A DNA stretch of 63,018 bases, filler included, from Stramenopiles sp. TOSAG23-3 (taxonomy: Eukaryota), in NCBI GenBank assembly GCA_900128585.1. It is 13 parts of 13 records of this genome, joined end to end, with 100 filler letters (N's around TTAATTAATTAA, not from the genome) between each part and the next. Parts side by side here need not be neighbours in the genome. Positions count along the whole stretch, not along the records: positions 19,469 to 24,226 come from LT643713.1; positions 24,327 to 29,083 come from LT643714.1; positions 29,184 to 33,934 come from LT643715.1; 10 more parts are not named here. One strand, written 5' to 3'. Numbering within the stretch: the first letter of the stretch is position 1; each line of letters begins with the position of its first letter. Below the pieces are notes generated by a model. It worked only from the letters and a program-made list of their open reading frames with translations. It searched no databases and was not told where the DNA came from. This document shows positions 21,207 through 32,633 of this stretch, in pieces. The position numbers and the translations under genes were made by a program.

Positions 21207-23636
21207 CTAACAATCGATGTATGGTTCGTGCCTTGTTAAATGGGAAACCAAGTATTTTGTGGGCAAAACGACAGTTATCCATTCTAACCCAGGGATGTCT
21301 GGGATCAAACAGCTGTTCAATAACGCCACCGACCCTAACATGCAAAGAACCGAGAGCGGGCGTTGCGCATGCAACGGCACGAATCTGATCATCACCATGC
21401 ACAGGAGAAACCATGCAGAAGTTTTTGCTGCAAAGGAAAATGCGTTGGGTAAGCCGTCGCAGAAAACTAAGCCAACGACTATGCATTGCGAAACGATTTC
21501 ACACACCATTACGCCGAACAAATAAAGCGGCAGCCTGCCCTTCGGGTGGTACCATCGCTTTGAGGTTCCGGTCGTGCACTGCACCGCTGCAGATCCATCG
21601 ATAAAAGCCAAGAATATGGACGTTCGGTGCTGCGCTGGGCTCCACGTGTCAGCAGCCGTTCTATTGGCGATGTAGCAGGTTCCCACCAATGATATGCCGG
21701 TCAAAATTGACTCCCAACCAGTCATTCCTGGCCCAGACAAACGATCGAATATGCGTTCAACTACTCTACCCGAAAGATTTGGAATGCCCCATGCTATGGC
21801 CCCCGTTGCATCTTTCTCCGCACTCTCCGTAAGGTACCCATCCTCACGAATTAGTCGGGCAAGTAAAACAAGTGGTACGACGAAGTAAGCCCCGCACGGG
21901 ATCCAATAAAATCCCAGGGAAGGGGCTAAGCTGGACCCTGAAAAATATTCGTAGAATTCCATGTACAAAACGATCCCCATGTTTGCAGCCATGCCTACCG
22001 CATAAACGTACGCGAAGTTGCGACGAAAACTTCCTTTGGTGCCAAACCCGTTGCCCTTCATCAACTGGGGAACTGCGAGCAAGTAGAACGGGGCAAAGAG
22101 AAGTGCACTAACCAAAGCGGAGTACTTCATGTATGGAGAGTTTTCTATGAAAAGAGGGTCAAATGCCTTTCCTGCTTCATACACTGTATTATGAAACGCA
22201 AATCCTGTCCCAAGTAGATCTATATCCAATCCCATCCACAAATCTACAGAAACGTTGCCCCACAATGCAAACGCAAAGAAAAATGCGTAAAAGCAGTCGA
22301 AAACTGTCCTTGTTGCCGTCTGGTTCATACTTGGATTCGTGCTCTGTTTCCCTCCCTTGTGGCGCGTTCGTGCATTTGAGCTTCTTGAACGCTTGTTTTG
22401 GCGCCTTGGCGGCGCAGCCGATCTATTCTCTTTTCCATTCGACCTTTCAATGATGTGGTGGAAACTTTGAACGGTATCGTACAACGGTGCGTAACCCAGA
22501 AGTTCTTCGGTTTTGGATATATCTAGGGTGATGGAAGTTGCGGTATACCCAATACTGCAACGCGTTACGTTCCATAACAAGTGCCTTGGCCATGGAACGA
22601 GCCCATCGCAATACCAGTACAGTGCCTCTAGCATTAACCCCAGTGCGTACATCAAATAAAACGATATTGGTCGAAGAAGTCGGGGGGCATCCGTGTCGGC
22701 TTGGGTCAATTTTAGAAACGTATTCCATATGGTCATCGTGTCGGTAGCAGAATGTTTGCCGTTTGTAACATTAAAGCTGAACCCGCTGACGCCTTTGCGA
22801 TTTTCAAACAACGCCTCCATAGCTAGGACATGAGCATGTGCGGCATTTTCTACGTAACAAAAATCTATCAATACTGGTTCTCCGTTTGACGAACCTATCG
22901 TCGGCACATGAGACATCAACCCAGATACCAGAGGCCCAATAAGAATTGGGTCCGGGGTCCCGTCGCCAAAAACGCCATATACACCTGGCATTCGGATTGC
23001 GCACGTTCGAAAACCCTCTTCGTTCCCTTTCAACACATGTTTTTCAGCAACATATTTTGTTCTTGAATAGTGCGTTGGCCAATGATAGCTGTCGTCAGGA
23101 TGGTAGTTCCCTGGGACATTCAGTTGCGGCCCCTTTACGTACGGAGAGGTGACAGCACCAGAAGAGCTCGTAAAAACAAACACTTGGACACCAGCGAGAC
23201 GACTTGCCCGAATCATGTTTTGCGTTCCAACAACATGAACGTTGTGCAACAAATTTGGGTTGTCGGATAAACAAACAACACCTGCTGTGTGAATAACAGC
23301 GTCCGTGTTTTCCAGGAGAGTTGCAATAGTATCAGCGCTGCTTGTAATATCGCACAATCTGTAGTCTACATTCTTGACCTTCAAAGACTCGTCAGGATTT
23401 CGGGTGTCAAAGGACGTTACGCTGTAACTGCCTTTCTCTGCAAGTTGGCGGATGATAGCAGATCCCACGAGACCACTCCCACCAGTCACAACCACATGTT
23501 TTCTCATATTTCGTCTTCGCCCAGTCGTTTTCAGTTTTGGGTACACATCTTTAACGTCCGAAAGGCGTTTCGGTTTTGGCGACAATACTCTGAAGCACGC
23601 GTGGGTGGCGCAGATGCTGGCAAGAGCCGGCAACAT
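21207..23636 (-). CDS. Fusion protein: 3beta-hydroxysteroid dehydrogenase/NSDHL-like extended SDR + EXPERA domain + uncharacterised multi-pass membrane domain
   Basis: VVVTGGSGLVG, VIHTAG, FVFTSS, YSRTKYVAE and DFCYVENAAHAHVLA (3beta-HSD); FDPLFIENSP..LFAPFY (EXPERA); C-terminal DRLSGPG..SKRWYH..QRPLS..LEW..KYLVSHL..EPY. Confidence 0.85.
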   Translation of the reverse strand: MLPALASICATHACFRVLSPKPKRLSDVKDVYPKLKTTGRRRNMRKHVVVTGGSGLVGSAIIRQLAEKGSYSVTSFDTRNPDESLKVKNVDYRLCDITSSADTIATLLENTDAVIHTAGVVCLSDNPNLLHNVHVVGTQNMIRASRLAGVQVFVFTSSSGAVTSPYVKGPQLNVPGNYHPDDSYHWPTHYSRTKYVAEKHVLKGNEEGFRTCAIRMPGVYGVFGDGTPDPILIGPLVSGLMSHVPTIGSSNGEPVLIDFCYVENAAHAHVLAMEALFENRKGVSGFSFNVTNGKHSATDTMTIWNTFLKLTQADTDAPRLLRPISFYLMYALGLMLEALYWYCDGLVPWPRHLLWNVTRCSIGYTATSITLDISKTEELLGYAPLYDTVQSFHHIIERSNGKENRSAAPPRRQNKRSRSSNARTRHKGGKQSTNPSMNQTATRTVFDCFYAFFFAFALWGNVSVDLWMGLDIDLLGTGFAFHNTVYEAGKAFDPLFIENSPYMKYSALVSALLFAPFYLLAVPQLMKGNGFGTKGSFRRNFAYVYAVGMAANMGIVLYMEFYEYFSGSSLAPSLGFYWIPCGAYFVVPLVLLARLIREDGYLTESAEKDATGAIAWGIPNLSGRVVERIFDRLSGPGMTGWESILTGISLVGTCYIANRTAADTWSPAQHRTSIFLAFIDGSAAVQCTTGTSKRWYHPKGRLPLYLFGVMVCEIVSQCIVVGLVFCDGLPNAFSFAAKTSAWFLLCMVMIRFVPLHAQRPLSVLCMLGSVALLNSCLIPDIPGLEWITVVLPTKYLVSHLTRHEPYIDC

Positions 23637-24326
23637 TTTCTTTTCTTACCGTTTCAAAGACAAAGAAACGGTGGGCTTTTTAGTACCCAGATATCAGTGC
23701 CTTGATTCTGACCAACAGTTAAGATCAGATGTCCTCGAATTCAGCAAGGAAAAATTATTGATTTCTTCAACATAATATATATTGTATATATATTTTTTTC
23801 TTAAGAGAAAAAAAATTATAGAGTATAAGTAATATATATTTTTGCATAATAATACTCCTCCTCTATTATAATTATTACAGCAGCATCATTTGATGATAAT
23901 AAAATAAAAAACCCTCCTCTGCTCTCTGCTGCTGCCTGCATGTGTTGATGATGATGGATATTTACTATTATACATTTAATACCACCAGGTAGAGTCTTTG
24001 TGTTGAGATGGATAACTTCGAAATCATGATTCATATAATAAGGATTGATATAATATCTTCAAAAAAATATTATTTTGTCAGTTATTATAATAAATATTGT
24101 TTCATGTTTATCTTAATTTACGGAATAAATCTTAATAACTTAAAATGGAATATACCTTAATAATTAAAGAGAGCTGTTACACCTGATTAATAAGAAGTAA
24201 CCCCGCCTCCTCCTATTTTTTGTTACNNNNNNNNNNNNNNNNNNNNNNNNNNNNNNNNNNNNNNNNNNNNTTAATTAATTAANNNNNNNNNNNNNNNNNN
24301 NNNNNNNNNNNNNNNNNNNNNNNNNN

Positions 24327-25616
24327 AAGCAGAAAAACGACTTCATCATGGCCTTTGAGCAGCGCGATTTGAGCGGGAAAGGGGCTGTCATCATTCAACA
24401 GGGGGCCAGGTCGCATCCCTTGGGCCGGAGAGCTTGTTCGGGGAGCTGGCGCTGATATACGATGCCCCGCGCGCGGCAACGGTGACAGTTGTCGGGGAGT
24501 GCACCCTTTGGAAAGTGTCCCGAAAAGTCCTGCAGCACGTTGCTGCCCGGGGAGAGACGGACCGAGTGTCCAGCTGCATGGAGTGCCTGCAGAAGGTAAA
24601 GATTCTCAAAGGGGCCGACGAATCCCTTCTCAAGAGGCTCGCAGAGGCTTTAGAGCCCGTCAATTTTAACAAGGGCGACAAGATCATTGAGCAAGGCACG
24701 ACGGGGGATGTGTTTTACCTGCTGAGGGAAGGTCGAGTGAACTGCGTCGACAACAAGAGCGACAACGAGGATGTGGAACTTTCAAGCGGCGCTTACTTTG
24801 GGGAACTCGCACTTCTGAACGACAAGCCCCGCCAACGAGACGTAATCGCGGTGTCAGAAAAGTGCGTCTGCTACTCGCTCGGGAGAGCCGATTTCCTCTC
24901 AATTTTTGGCTCGTCGCTGCAAGAGGTCATGGAAAAGGACCTAGGCTTTCGGGTTCTGCGCAGTATGCCTCAACTGAAGGCCCTGCCGAATAGTGAAATC
25001 ATTGCCATGGCAAACGAGCTTGAAACGAGGGCGTTCGAAGTGGACGCCAAGATTATTGAAGAAAAGAAGGCAGGCGACACGTGCTTCATTCTTCTCTCTG
25101 GGCTACATCAGTCGGACCGGCAAAACCTTTACCCTTTGCGGCACTCCGGAATACCTTGCCCCGGAGATTGTCCTGAGAAAGGGCCACAACTACGGGGTGG
25201 ACTACTGGGGAATAGGTATATTGATATGGGAAATGCTAACCGGGGAGACCCCGTTTCAGGACCAAAGCGGAAATTTAGATGACAGGGTGATATGCTCAAA
25301 CATTATCCGATCCTCCCTGAATTTCCCAAGAGAGATTGACAAAAAATCGCGTCTTCTCATTGTCAAGCTGTTGCAAAAAAATCCAGCAAAGCGCCTTGGG
25401 TGCCTTTCCAACGGCGGCGATGACATTAAGAACGATAATTATTTTGCAGGGTTCGACTGGGAAAAAATGGCCGCAAAAGAAATGCAAACGCCTTGGGACG
25501 TCAGCAATTTTGATGAATTCGATGAGGAAGACGATCCGAGCGTCGGAAAGACCTTCCGGGACCCTGGGCAAGGCAACAAATACCATGGCAGCCAAGGGTG
25601 GTGCAAAGACTTTTAG
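24327..25616 (+). pseudogene. cGMP/cAMP-dependent protein kinase (PKG-like) with internal deletions and frameshifts; 5'-truncated. Pseudogene or amplification artefact
   Basis: cNMP motifs FGELALIYDAPRAATV and FGELALLNDKPR; kinase C-lobe TFTLCGTPEYLAPE, GVDYWGIG, KRLG. No glycine loop, HRD or DFG. Frame changes near 24403 and 25103. Confidence 0.75.
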
Positions 25617-26133
25617 GTAAAGATAAAGAGTTGTTAGACAGGTTGTGTTTCTTTTCTTAATGGAGATATGATAAATCAATGTGATGTGTGTTTTTACCCT
25701 TCAAAGATTCACGCCACTGCTTGGAAAATCGTACAAGGACTGATTCATTTACGAGTGAGACGTCGGATGAGGAAGTTGACTACGGGTCTTCTTTTGGCAT
25801 CAATGCAAATCGACATACCGATTCGGATCATGCATGGAGTACACATGAGAATGATAGTCCAGACTAAAGTGAAAAGGGTTGTCCATCACACATAAACAAT
25901 ATAAAAAAAACTAAATGATATAGTATATAACAAAAACACAACACAAGAATATAAGAATCACTCGACATACTATATAATATAATTTGTTTTCTAAGAATCA
26001 CTTTCGTATGTTTGTGGAATCTGATATAGTTGTACAGAAGCTTTTTAAAAAAGCCTTCATTACTCAAAAAAAAAATGGCTTTAAAATAATGGCTGTTCTT
26101 TTCAGTATCTTGTATTTTTACTTACTCCCCTGA

Positions 26134-27691
26134 CTAAGTCTCTCGAAGCATTTGAAAGGCGCGGTCATCTTTGTTTTTTCTCTTCGTGACTGACAGCTGC
26201 ACGCCTTCGTCGGGCTCAACATCGTCCAAATTTTTTCCTGCCGTTTCGACGCTTAACTTGTACGATGCCACCGCGGCCGCAAAGCTGAGCAGAGTGTAAA
26301 CAACGAACGGCACCCAAACTGCTCCCGCGTCCGGTGCTGCCTGGGATATGTGAGGGCTCAGCATTCCACCAAACCTCGAAAATGCAACAAGTGAGCCCAT
26401 CACGCTGGACCTGATGTTCGTGGGGTACCTTTCCGGGGTATAGATATACACTATAGTGAATGTCCCGATAAAGATGGCCCTCATCAGAAACAGGATCAAG
26501 GACGCCGCAGTGTCAGATTCCAAAAGAATGCTCAGGAGAATTATCAGCACCGTGCTTGCGGAGAACATGATTGTCATGCTCAAGCGCCTTCCGATCCGGT
26601 CAACTAGAAAGAAAGTCGTCAACATGCCTGGCAATTCTCCGAACGCAGAAAACAAAATTTGCCGAAAGTCGGAGTCATTAAATACGCCCGAACACACTAT
26701 CTCCCTGTCGCTTGTGTCGGCGGAAGTGGTGGAGTTGGTTAATGTTGCTTCAGGATGGTGACCTTTCTTCACCACAATCAGCTCGGTAGTTAACAGTACT
26801 GTGCCATAGTACAGGCATGCGCATGAAAACCAGATTACCATGAGCAAGGCTGTGTCGCGCTTGTTTTCAGGCGAGAATGCGGCGCGAAACTGTTCCTGCA
26901 GGCTCATCTTTTTCTTCACCGGGGCATTTGCACCATTGCTCGCTCGAAGCCGCCCAGTAGGAAGGGCCGTCTTGTTGTATTTTGATATTCGAACTAAAAT
27001 TGCCTCTGCCTCCTGCACCCGCCCCTTCGCCAACAAGTACCTTGGAGATTCAGGGACGAAGCCAAACATTCCGAGCATGACAAAGAGTGGAACAGCTGTA
27101 AGAATTAGCATCCACCGCCCCCCATGCTACGAGGGACTGAAAGATTGCCCCAAATGTCCAAAATAATTGCACAACCACACCAACTTTCCCTCTGCCCTTT
27201 GCCGGGACGAATTCCATGACCCAACTGTAAGCCACCGGCACCCCGCCCATACCCAGGCCTACCAGAAAACGTACCAGTATTAGTGCCGAATAGGAAGAGA
27301 CCATCGCGGATGCAACACCCCCAAATGAGCATAGCACTGCTGTACTCAGGGCCCCCATCTTCCGACCGTACGCGTCGGCAACGTTTCCGAACAGCCACGC
27401 GCCTATGCACATGCCTATAAAAACGACCGTCGTCATGGACGCCTCTTCCTCCCCACCAATCCGGTACTGACACTTCATAATTGGGCCTAGAAAGGACAAC
27501 ACCATTATTTCCATGGCATCTGCCGTGTACGCCAGACCCCCAATCGCAATAATTAAGTACTGAAATTTTGCCAACCCAAAGGTATCCAACGCTTCGTCTA
27601 AAGAATACGTTTCCGGGGCCCGGGCGTCCGGTCCTCTGCCATCCACTATTTGGACGTCCTGTAGACCAGTCTCGGATTCACCTTTCATCAT
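26134..27691 (-). CDS. SV2/SVOP-like MFS transporter with a frameshift and small deletion near 27120
   Basis: ADAMEIMVLSFL, ADAYGRK, RFLVGLGMGG, PESPRYL, VDRIGRR and YTPERYPTNIRS, split over two frames. Confidence 0.85.
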
Positions 27692-28311
27692 ATCCAAGCG
27701 AGAAACAAATGTGAAAATGTGATAATCTATAAGTGTGTGTGCGCGCACGTAGATAAATGGTTAAATTCAATGATAATTATACAGTTTTTAAAACTTATGA
27801 AGGTTTTTGTGGACACAACTATAATGCACGGTCTTCTCTTATTAATAATATAGTGTGTGTCACACTCAATCAAGAATCAAGAATCAAGAAAGAAGTCATT
27901 TTTTTTTAATTTTAGATCTTCTTTTTTATGAAGTTATTCGATGCTCTGTGCCTATATTTTTGTCACCTAAAAAATACAGGCAATAGTATGACATCACTTT
28001 CCCAATTTTTTGCGTATTTTTTTTAGATAATTTTTAATTTTATTATTATTTTATTTTTTCGTTCTTCCTTCTTCTTTCTCATTATTTTTTTTTTATTTTT
28101 TTTTTTAAATAATAATTTTCTATTTTAAAATAAGTATCGTAGTTAAACCATTTCTTGAATTTTGTAAGAATACAGTCACCATTTTATGGAAAGTTTTGAA
28201 GCGCTTGTCGTTCGAGTCTTTCCATTATATCACCTGCAATTTTTTTCATGCGAAACGGTACATCGAAAAGGTCTGTCCCACTGGTTGTTTAGTCCGTTGG
28301 CGTACCGCACC

Positions 28312-29003
28312 ATGCTCCGCTTCGTTCGTTTGCGTGGGTTGAAGTTTTTGAGGTTATTTTTTATGGTGTGTGTGGCTTTGACTTTGACAAGTGCGGAGGT
28401 TCTGGTTTCCGTGAAACTGCGCCGGTCCCACAAACGGGCCAGGCGGCAGCTGGCCGGGAACCTCCTAGGGCATGTGCCGCACCCTGCTGCTGGTCTTCAG
28501 AACATGGATAACGTGTACTATTATGGTTACGTCGACCTTGGGAATGGGACGGGAACGGACAGACAAACGTTTCGGTTAATTTTTGACACAGGATCCACCG
28601 ACCTATGGATACCGTCGGTGTCGTGCAAGGCATGCGTTAGCAAAAAGTTTGACCCTTCCAAGTCCGGAACGTTTCGAAAGGACGGGCGCCCGTTCTCCGA
28701 CCTCTACGGTAGTGGAAACGTCAGTGGGGTCATTGGCAACGATGTCGTCAGGCTGTCAGGGTGGCCCTCGCAGTACGCTACAGAGAACGTTTACTTTGGC
28801 ATGGTCAGCAGGGAAGGGCAGCGCTTGCGTGACCTTGTTGCGGACGGAATCTTTGGCATGGCATTTCCCATATTGGCGAGCATACATCCCCCGAGGAACG
28901 GCGTCCTCGGGGATTACGATACTCCGATAGGAAAGGTTTTGAAACAGTTGCAATCCCAGGGGGTTAGTCCCAAGTTTAGCGTCTTCCTGAATTTCGAGAA
29001 CGA
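28312..29003 (+). CDS. Pepsin-family (A1) aspartic protease, N-terminal lobe only; cut by an inverted chimeric junction
   Basis: Hydrophobic leader, YYGYVDLG, FDTGSTDLW, YGSG, DGIFGMAF. The second DTG/DSG motif is absent. Confidence 0.88.
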
Positions 29004-29083
29004 GGGCGGTGGATGCTAATTCTTACAGCTGTTCCACTCTTTGTCATGCTCGGAATGTTTGGCTTCGTCCCTGAATCTCCAAG
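29004..29083 (-). repeat. 80-bp inverted copy of 27041-27120 at the end of contig 6 (probable chimera)
   Basis: Exact reverse complement of part of the MFS gene. Confidence 0.92.
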
Positions 29084-29183
29084 NNNNNNNNNNNNNNNNN
29101 NNNNNNNNNNNNNNNNNNNNNNNNNNNTTAATTAATTAANNNNNNNNNNNNNNNNNNNNNNNNNNNNNNNNNNNNNNNNNNNN

Positions 29184-30424
29184 CAATGTGGACGAACGAA
29201 GGCGTGCGTAAAGTCTTTGTCGATGGGGCGAACGAGGCGAGCCCGGAGAAAGTTCGAGAACAAGCACTTCGTGGACTCTACATCTTTTCCTTGAATGCCA
29301 CACTGCGACCACTCATGGTAGAGATAGGGGTAAAGGCCGTATTAACTGCACTCCAAAAGCAGAATGGAAGGTCAGAACGGTTCCGTACAACTACATTGCA
29401 ACGACTTCTTAATGTGGCACCGCCTGTTCGTCTAACAAAGGAATTACGGATAAGGATCATAACGTTCTTGGACACACACCTTATGCATGATTGGCAATCC
29501 CTGGACAAAACATTTCCAAGGGTACCAAAGGACCACTTCAAGAAATGTATTCAAGATTACCGACAGTACCTGAACGCAACACGTTACGATGGCAATTCCA
29601 TTTCATGCTTGAATGATAAAGTCAGCGTTACAAACTATGGAGAGGAATGTCTCACAGCTTCGACTGCACGAACGGCAATGGCAAGTGGGCAGAACGAAAA
29701 CCCAGTCTTCATTTTTCCAAACCATATCCCTGCCACAGTCCGACTCTGCATTGGCTTTGCTGGCAACATGATACACGCAGGGGTTGTGTTTGAGCTTGAC
29801 ACTAACACCGAGGCGTTCAAGGCAAACAGCCTTGTCACCGAGGTGACTAACGAAACGTTACCAAAATTCCTCATGATCCATTTGTTGAAAGAGGGTGTTG
29901 ATGTTGTTCCTGGCGACTCGGTACGGGCTCTAGAAGAGGAAGTCGCAGGTGTGTTTGGGCCGAACACCCCTAGATTTTCATTCGAAATATCTATTCGCCC
30001 CATAACAAACTGGATATTGCCACTTGCAGAGGTTATCACTGCGCATGAGCAGAAGAGCTTTCAATTGAACGTGAAAGAAACTGGGCAACAGACTAACTGC
30101 ACGTTTTTTGTGTTGGATGTTCTTCGTCGTTTGGGCGGTGGCAGTGCGTTTGATTTGTCCGAAGAGAAGCTGTTCGAGTTGCTGCGAACCCGACTGGAGC
30201 CCGCCGTTGTCGCAGACGAGCAGATACGTGTATTTAGCAAAAAGATGGCAAGGTTTTGGGCGCACTTCCTTGCAAACCCATCCCCAACATACGCGCAAGG
30301 TTTGCGATCAATGTTCAAGCCGATCCTGGACAGCCTTGGAGCCCCTAGGGCGACCCAGCACACAAACGGGAACGTAACAACGTTCGAAGAGAACCCCCGA
30401 CCCTCAAAGAAGCGGAGGCGATAG
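29184..30424 (+). CDS. Orphan protein with a putative permuted NlpC/P60 (LRAT/PPPDE-like) domain and a C-terminal NLS; possibly 5'-truncated
   Basis: IHAGVV...MIHL...FQL..TNCTFFV pattern; ends RPSKKRRR. Confidence 0.5.
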
Positions 30425-30854
30425 GCAATTTTTGGAGAAGCGGGGGTCTGTCGTCATCGCCGGATGCTGGAATACATCTCTTAAATAATAGGGGAATTTT
30501 TTAATTTAAATTTTCAAAAAATTTATTTTATTTCCTAAAAAGAGTCTAAATAACAGCGCCCCATTATTTTGCTTTTAAAGAGAGTCTAAAAAGATTACAA
30601 AAATTATTTACATTTCTTGTAAGAGGCGCAGGTCAGCCGCTCCAGATACCCCCTACGAGGGAACGTGCAGCAGGGTATGCACGAACCCCCAAATGCAAGC
30701 CGCTTGTCCCACCGCAGACAGCCGCGCCAACCGACTTTAATCTTTTTACTATATATTTACATCATTTAAAACAAGAGATTTGATTTGTACAAAAGAGTAG
30801 CCCCTATAAAAATAATTTTATTATATATTTTTTAAATTTAAATATAAATTTATT

Positions 30855-32135
30855 TTATAATTTACTGTTCCTGCTTATGGGAGACATAAAATTAGCGTTT
30901 ATTGTGGCACCCCTTTTCTCCCCCATCTGTTTTCTCAAGAGCCTTCGGCAAGAATGGATAGCATCCAGGTCTATGTACCCCCCCTGAAGGTGCCTCGGGG
31001 AGGCACCACCGCTTTGGCCCACTGTGTTGAGTTTAGTCCTGCCGTGAAGGACGCGTCTGTTTTGAAAGACGAACGCATCCCCGGGGTGGAGCTTCGTGTC
31101 TATGCACATTTCAGGGGAATGGGCAATCTTTCCAAACAGCGCCATCGCCCTGTAAAATTCATGGACAATGCTTGGGGGCAAATTGAGCTCCGCGCTCCGA
31201 ACCCCGTTGTTGTAATTTATCTCGACGGCCACACCTTTCCCAGACCGGCCGCCCGAACGTTGCTCGAACAAGAACGGAGAAGGCTCGAACTGCTTGATGA
31301 TACACCTCTCTGTGCGAAGGTGAAACTTTCCGTGCGCCACGTCCTCGAACACGGCTGGGCACTCTGTCAAAATCTTGTAATACCGCGGCGATACCTTCTG
31401 CAGTCGATGGGCGACTGCCAAGCCGTCGACGAACAAAGATCGCCCCGTCCCCGGGCTCCCCATCGACTGCTCAATGCAGTGCAGGACCTGGACCCCGGGC
31501 GGGAGCTGGTAATACGGCAAATCGGTGTGAAGCGGCAGGGCCGCATCTGTGTACGCCTGGTTGATCGCCTGGGGGTCAAACTTGACCTCGAATAGCCTGC
31601 CATAATTCGTTTCTCTCAAGTGCCCCACACGCTTGGCCAACTTCTCTATCTTTCCTACCGTTCTTCCCATTCCCCTCACGCGGACGAGTCCCAACGTGGC
31701 AATGGCGTCCAAGAAATCCAGCAAGTGCGCCTCGTCCGACATGATTTTGGAGAATTCGAACGAAGGGACATTCCCCCCTGGAAAGTCTGCCTTAACCCAT
31801 GGGACCAACTCCGCTGCGTGTTGGCAGTGCCGTTCCAAGCGAGCAGCCTCGTCCAGCCTGTGCTCCGACAGCCACTGCTCCGAAAAGTGCGAAATGTAAC
31901 CATCGCTGAAGGTGACCCGAACAACCTGGCCTTGCTCCAGAACGTCGGACGAGCTAATGGCCAAGTCCCCTGGCAAGTCCCATATAGCGACGGTTCGTTG
32001 AAGGGTGGTCGGGTGCCACGAAAGCGGACAATTGTCACGGAGATACAGGGCCGGGTAGCTACTACTGCTCGCCATGCCCGCAAAGGTAACTTCCAGCGCC
32101 GTCCTGTCTGTGCTGACTTTTGCCGACAGCGCCAT
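30855..32135 (-). CDS. Gamma-butyrobetaine/trimethyllysine dioxygenase family (TauD-like Fe(II)/2OG)
   Basis: YLRDNCP N-domain, LRETNYG, AYT..LPLHTDLPYY, FVDG, FQNRRVLHGR and RHLQGGYID. Confidence 0.92.
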   Translation of the reverse strand: MALSAKVSTDRTALEVTFAGMASSSSYPALYLRDNCPLSWHPTTLQRTVAIWDLPGDLAISSSDVLEQGQVVRVTFSDGYISHFSEQWLSEHRLDEAARLERHCQHAAELVPWVKADFPGGNVPSFEFSKIMSDEAHLLDFLDAIATLGLVRVRGMGRTVGKIEKLAKRVGHLRETNYGRLFEVKFDPQAINQAYTDAALPLHTDLPYYQLPPGVQVLHCIEQSMGSPGTGRSLFVDGLAVAHRLQKVSPRYYKILTECPAVFEDVAHGKFHLRTERCIIKQFEPSPFLFEQRSGGRSGKGVAVEINYNNGVRSAELNLPPSIVHEFYRAMALFGKIAHSPEMCIDTKLHPGDAFVFQNRRVLHGRTKLNTVGQSGGASPRHLQGGYIDLDAIHSCRRLLRKQMGEKRGATINANFMSPISRNSKL

Positions 32136-32633
32136 GCTGTTGTTGTTTCACAAACTAAATGTCATTAAAAACCATTAAGTCTTGAACGATGGCAAAGGAG
32201 AAGAGAAGTTGTGGTGTAGGTATAATTTGTCTATAATTAATAACAGTCGTTCTCATTTTATCCAATGCATGGATGAGTGAATGGTCAGTGAAAGAGAGTT
32301 CTTTAAATACTGTCAGTAGACGTAGTACATAATATTTCAGATTGATAAATAAAATAATAAAAAATACCAAGGAGGTACCTGTACTACCACCAACGCTATT
32401 TCGATATATTATTGTACGCTATAATAATACTATTATTATTGGGTATTATTAAGGTTGACACAGCAGCAATAATATTCTGACCAAAAATTTTCATTTTTGC
32501 GGGGGGGGGGGGGAAATTCCTCTACGACGAGTAGTAGGACCGGTAGTAAATTGGGGATTACGACATTTTCGTTTACGCTCTAGCCTACAGTTTTCTTCCT
32601 CGGCATCTTTTATTATTATATACATGGACACAA

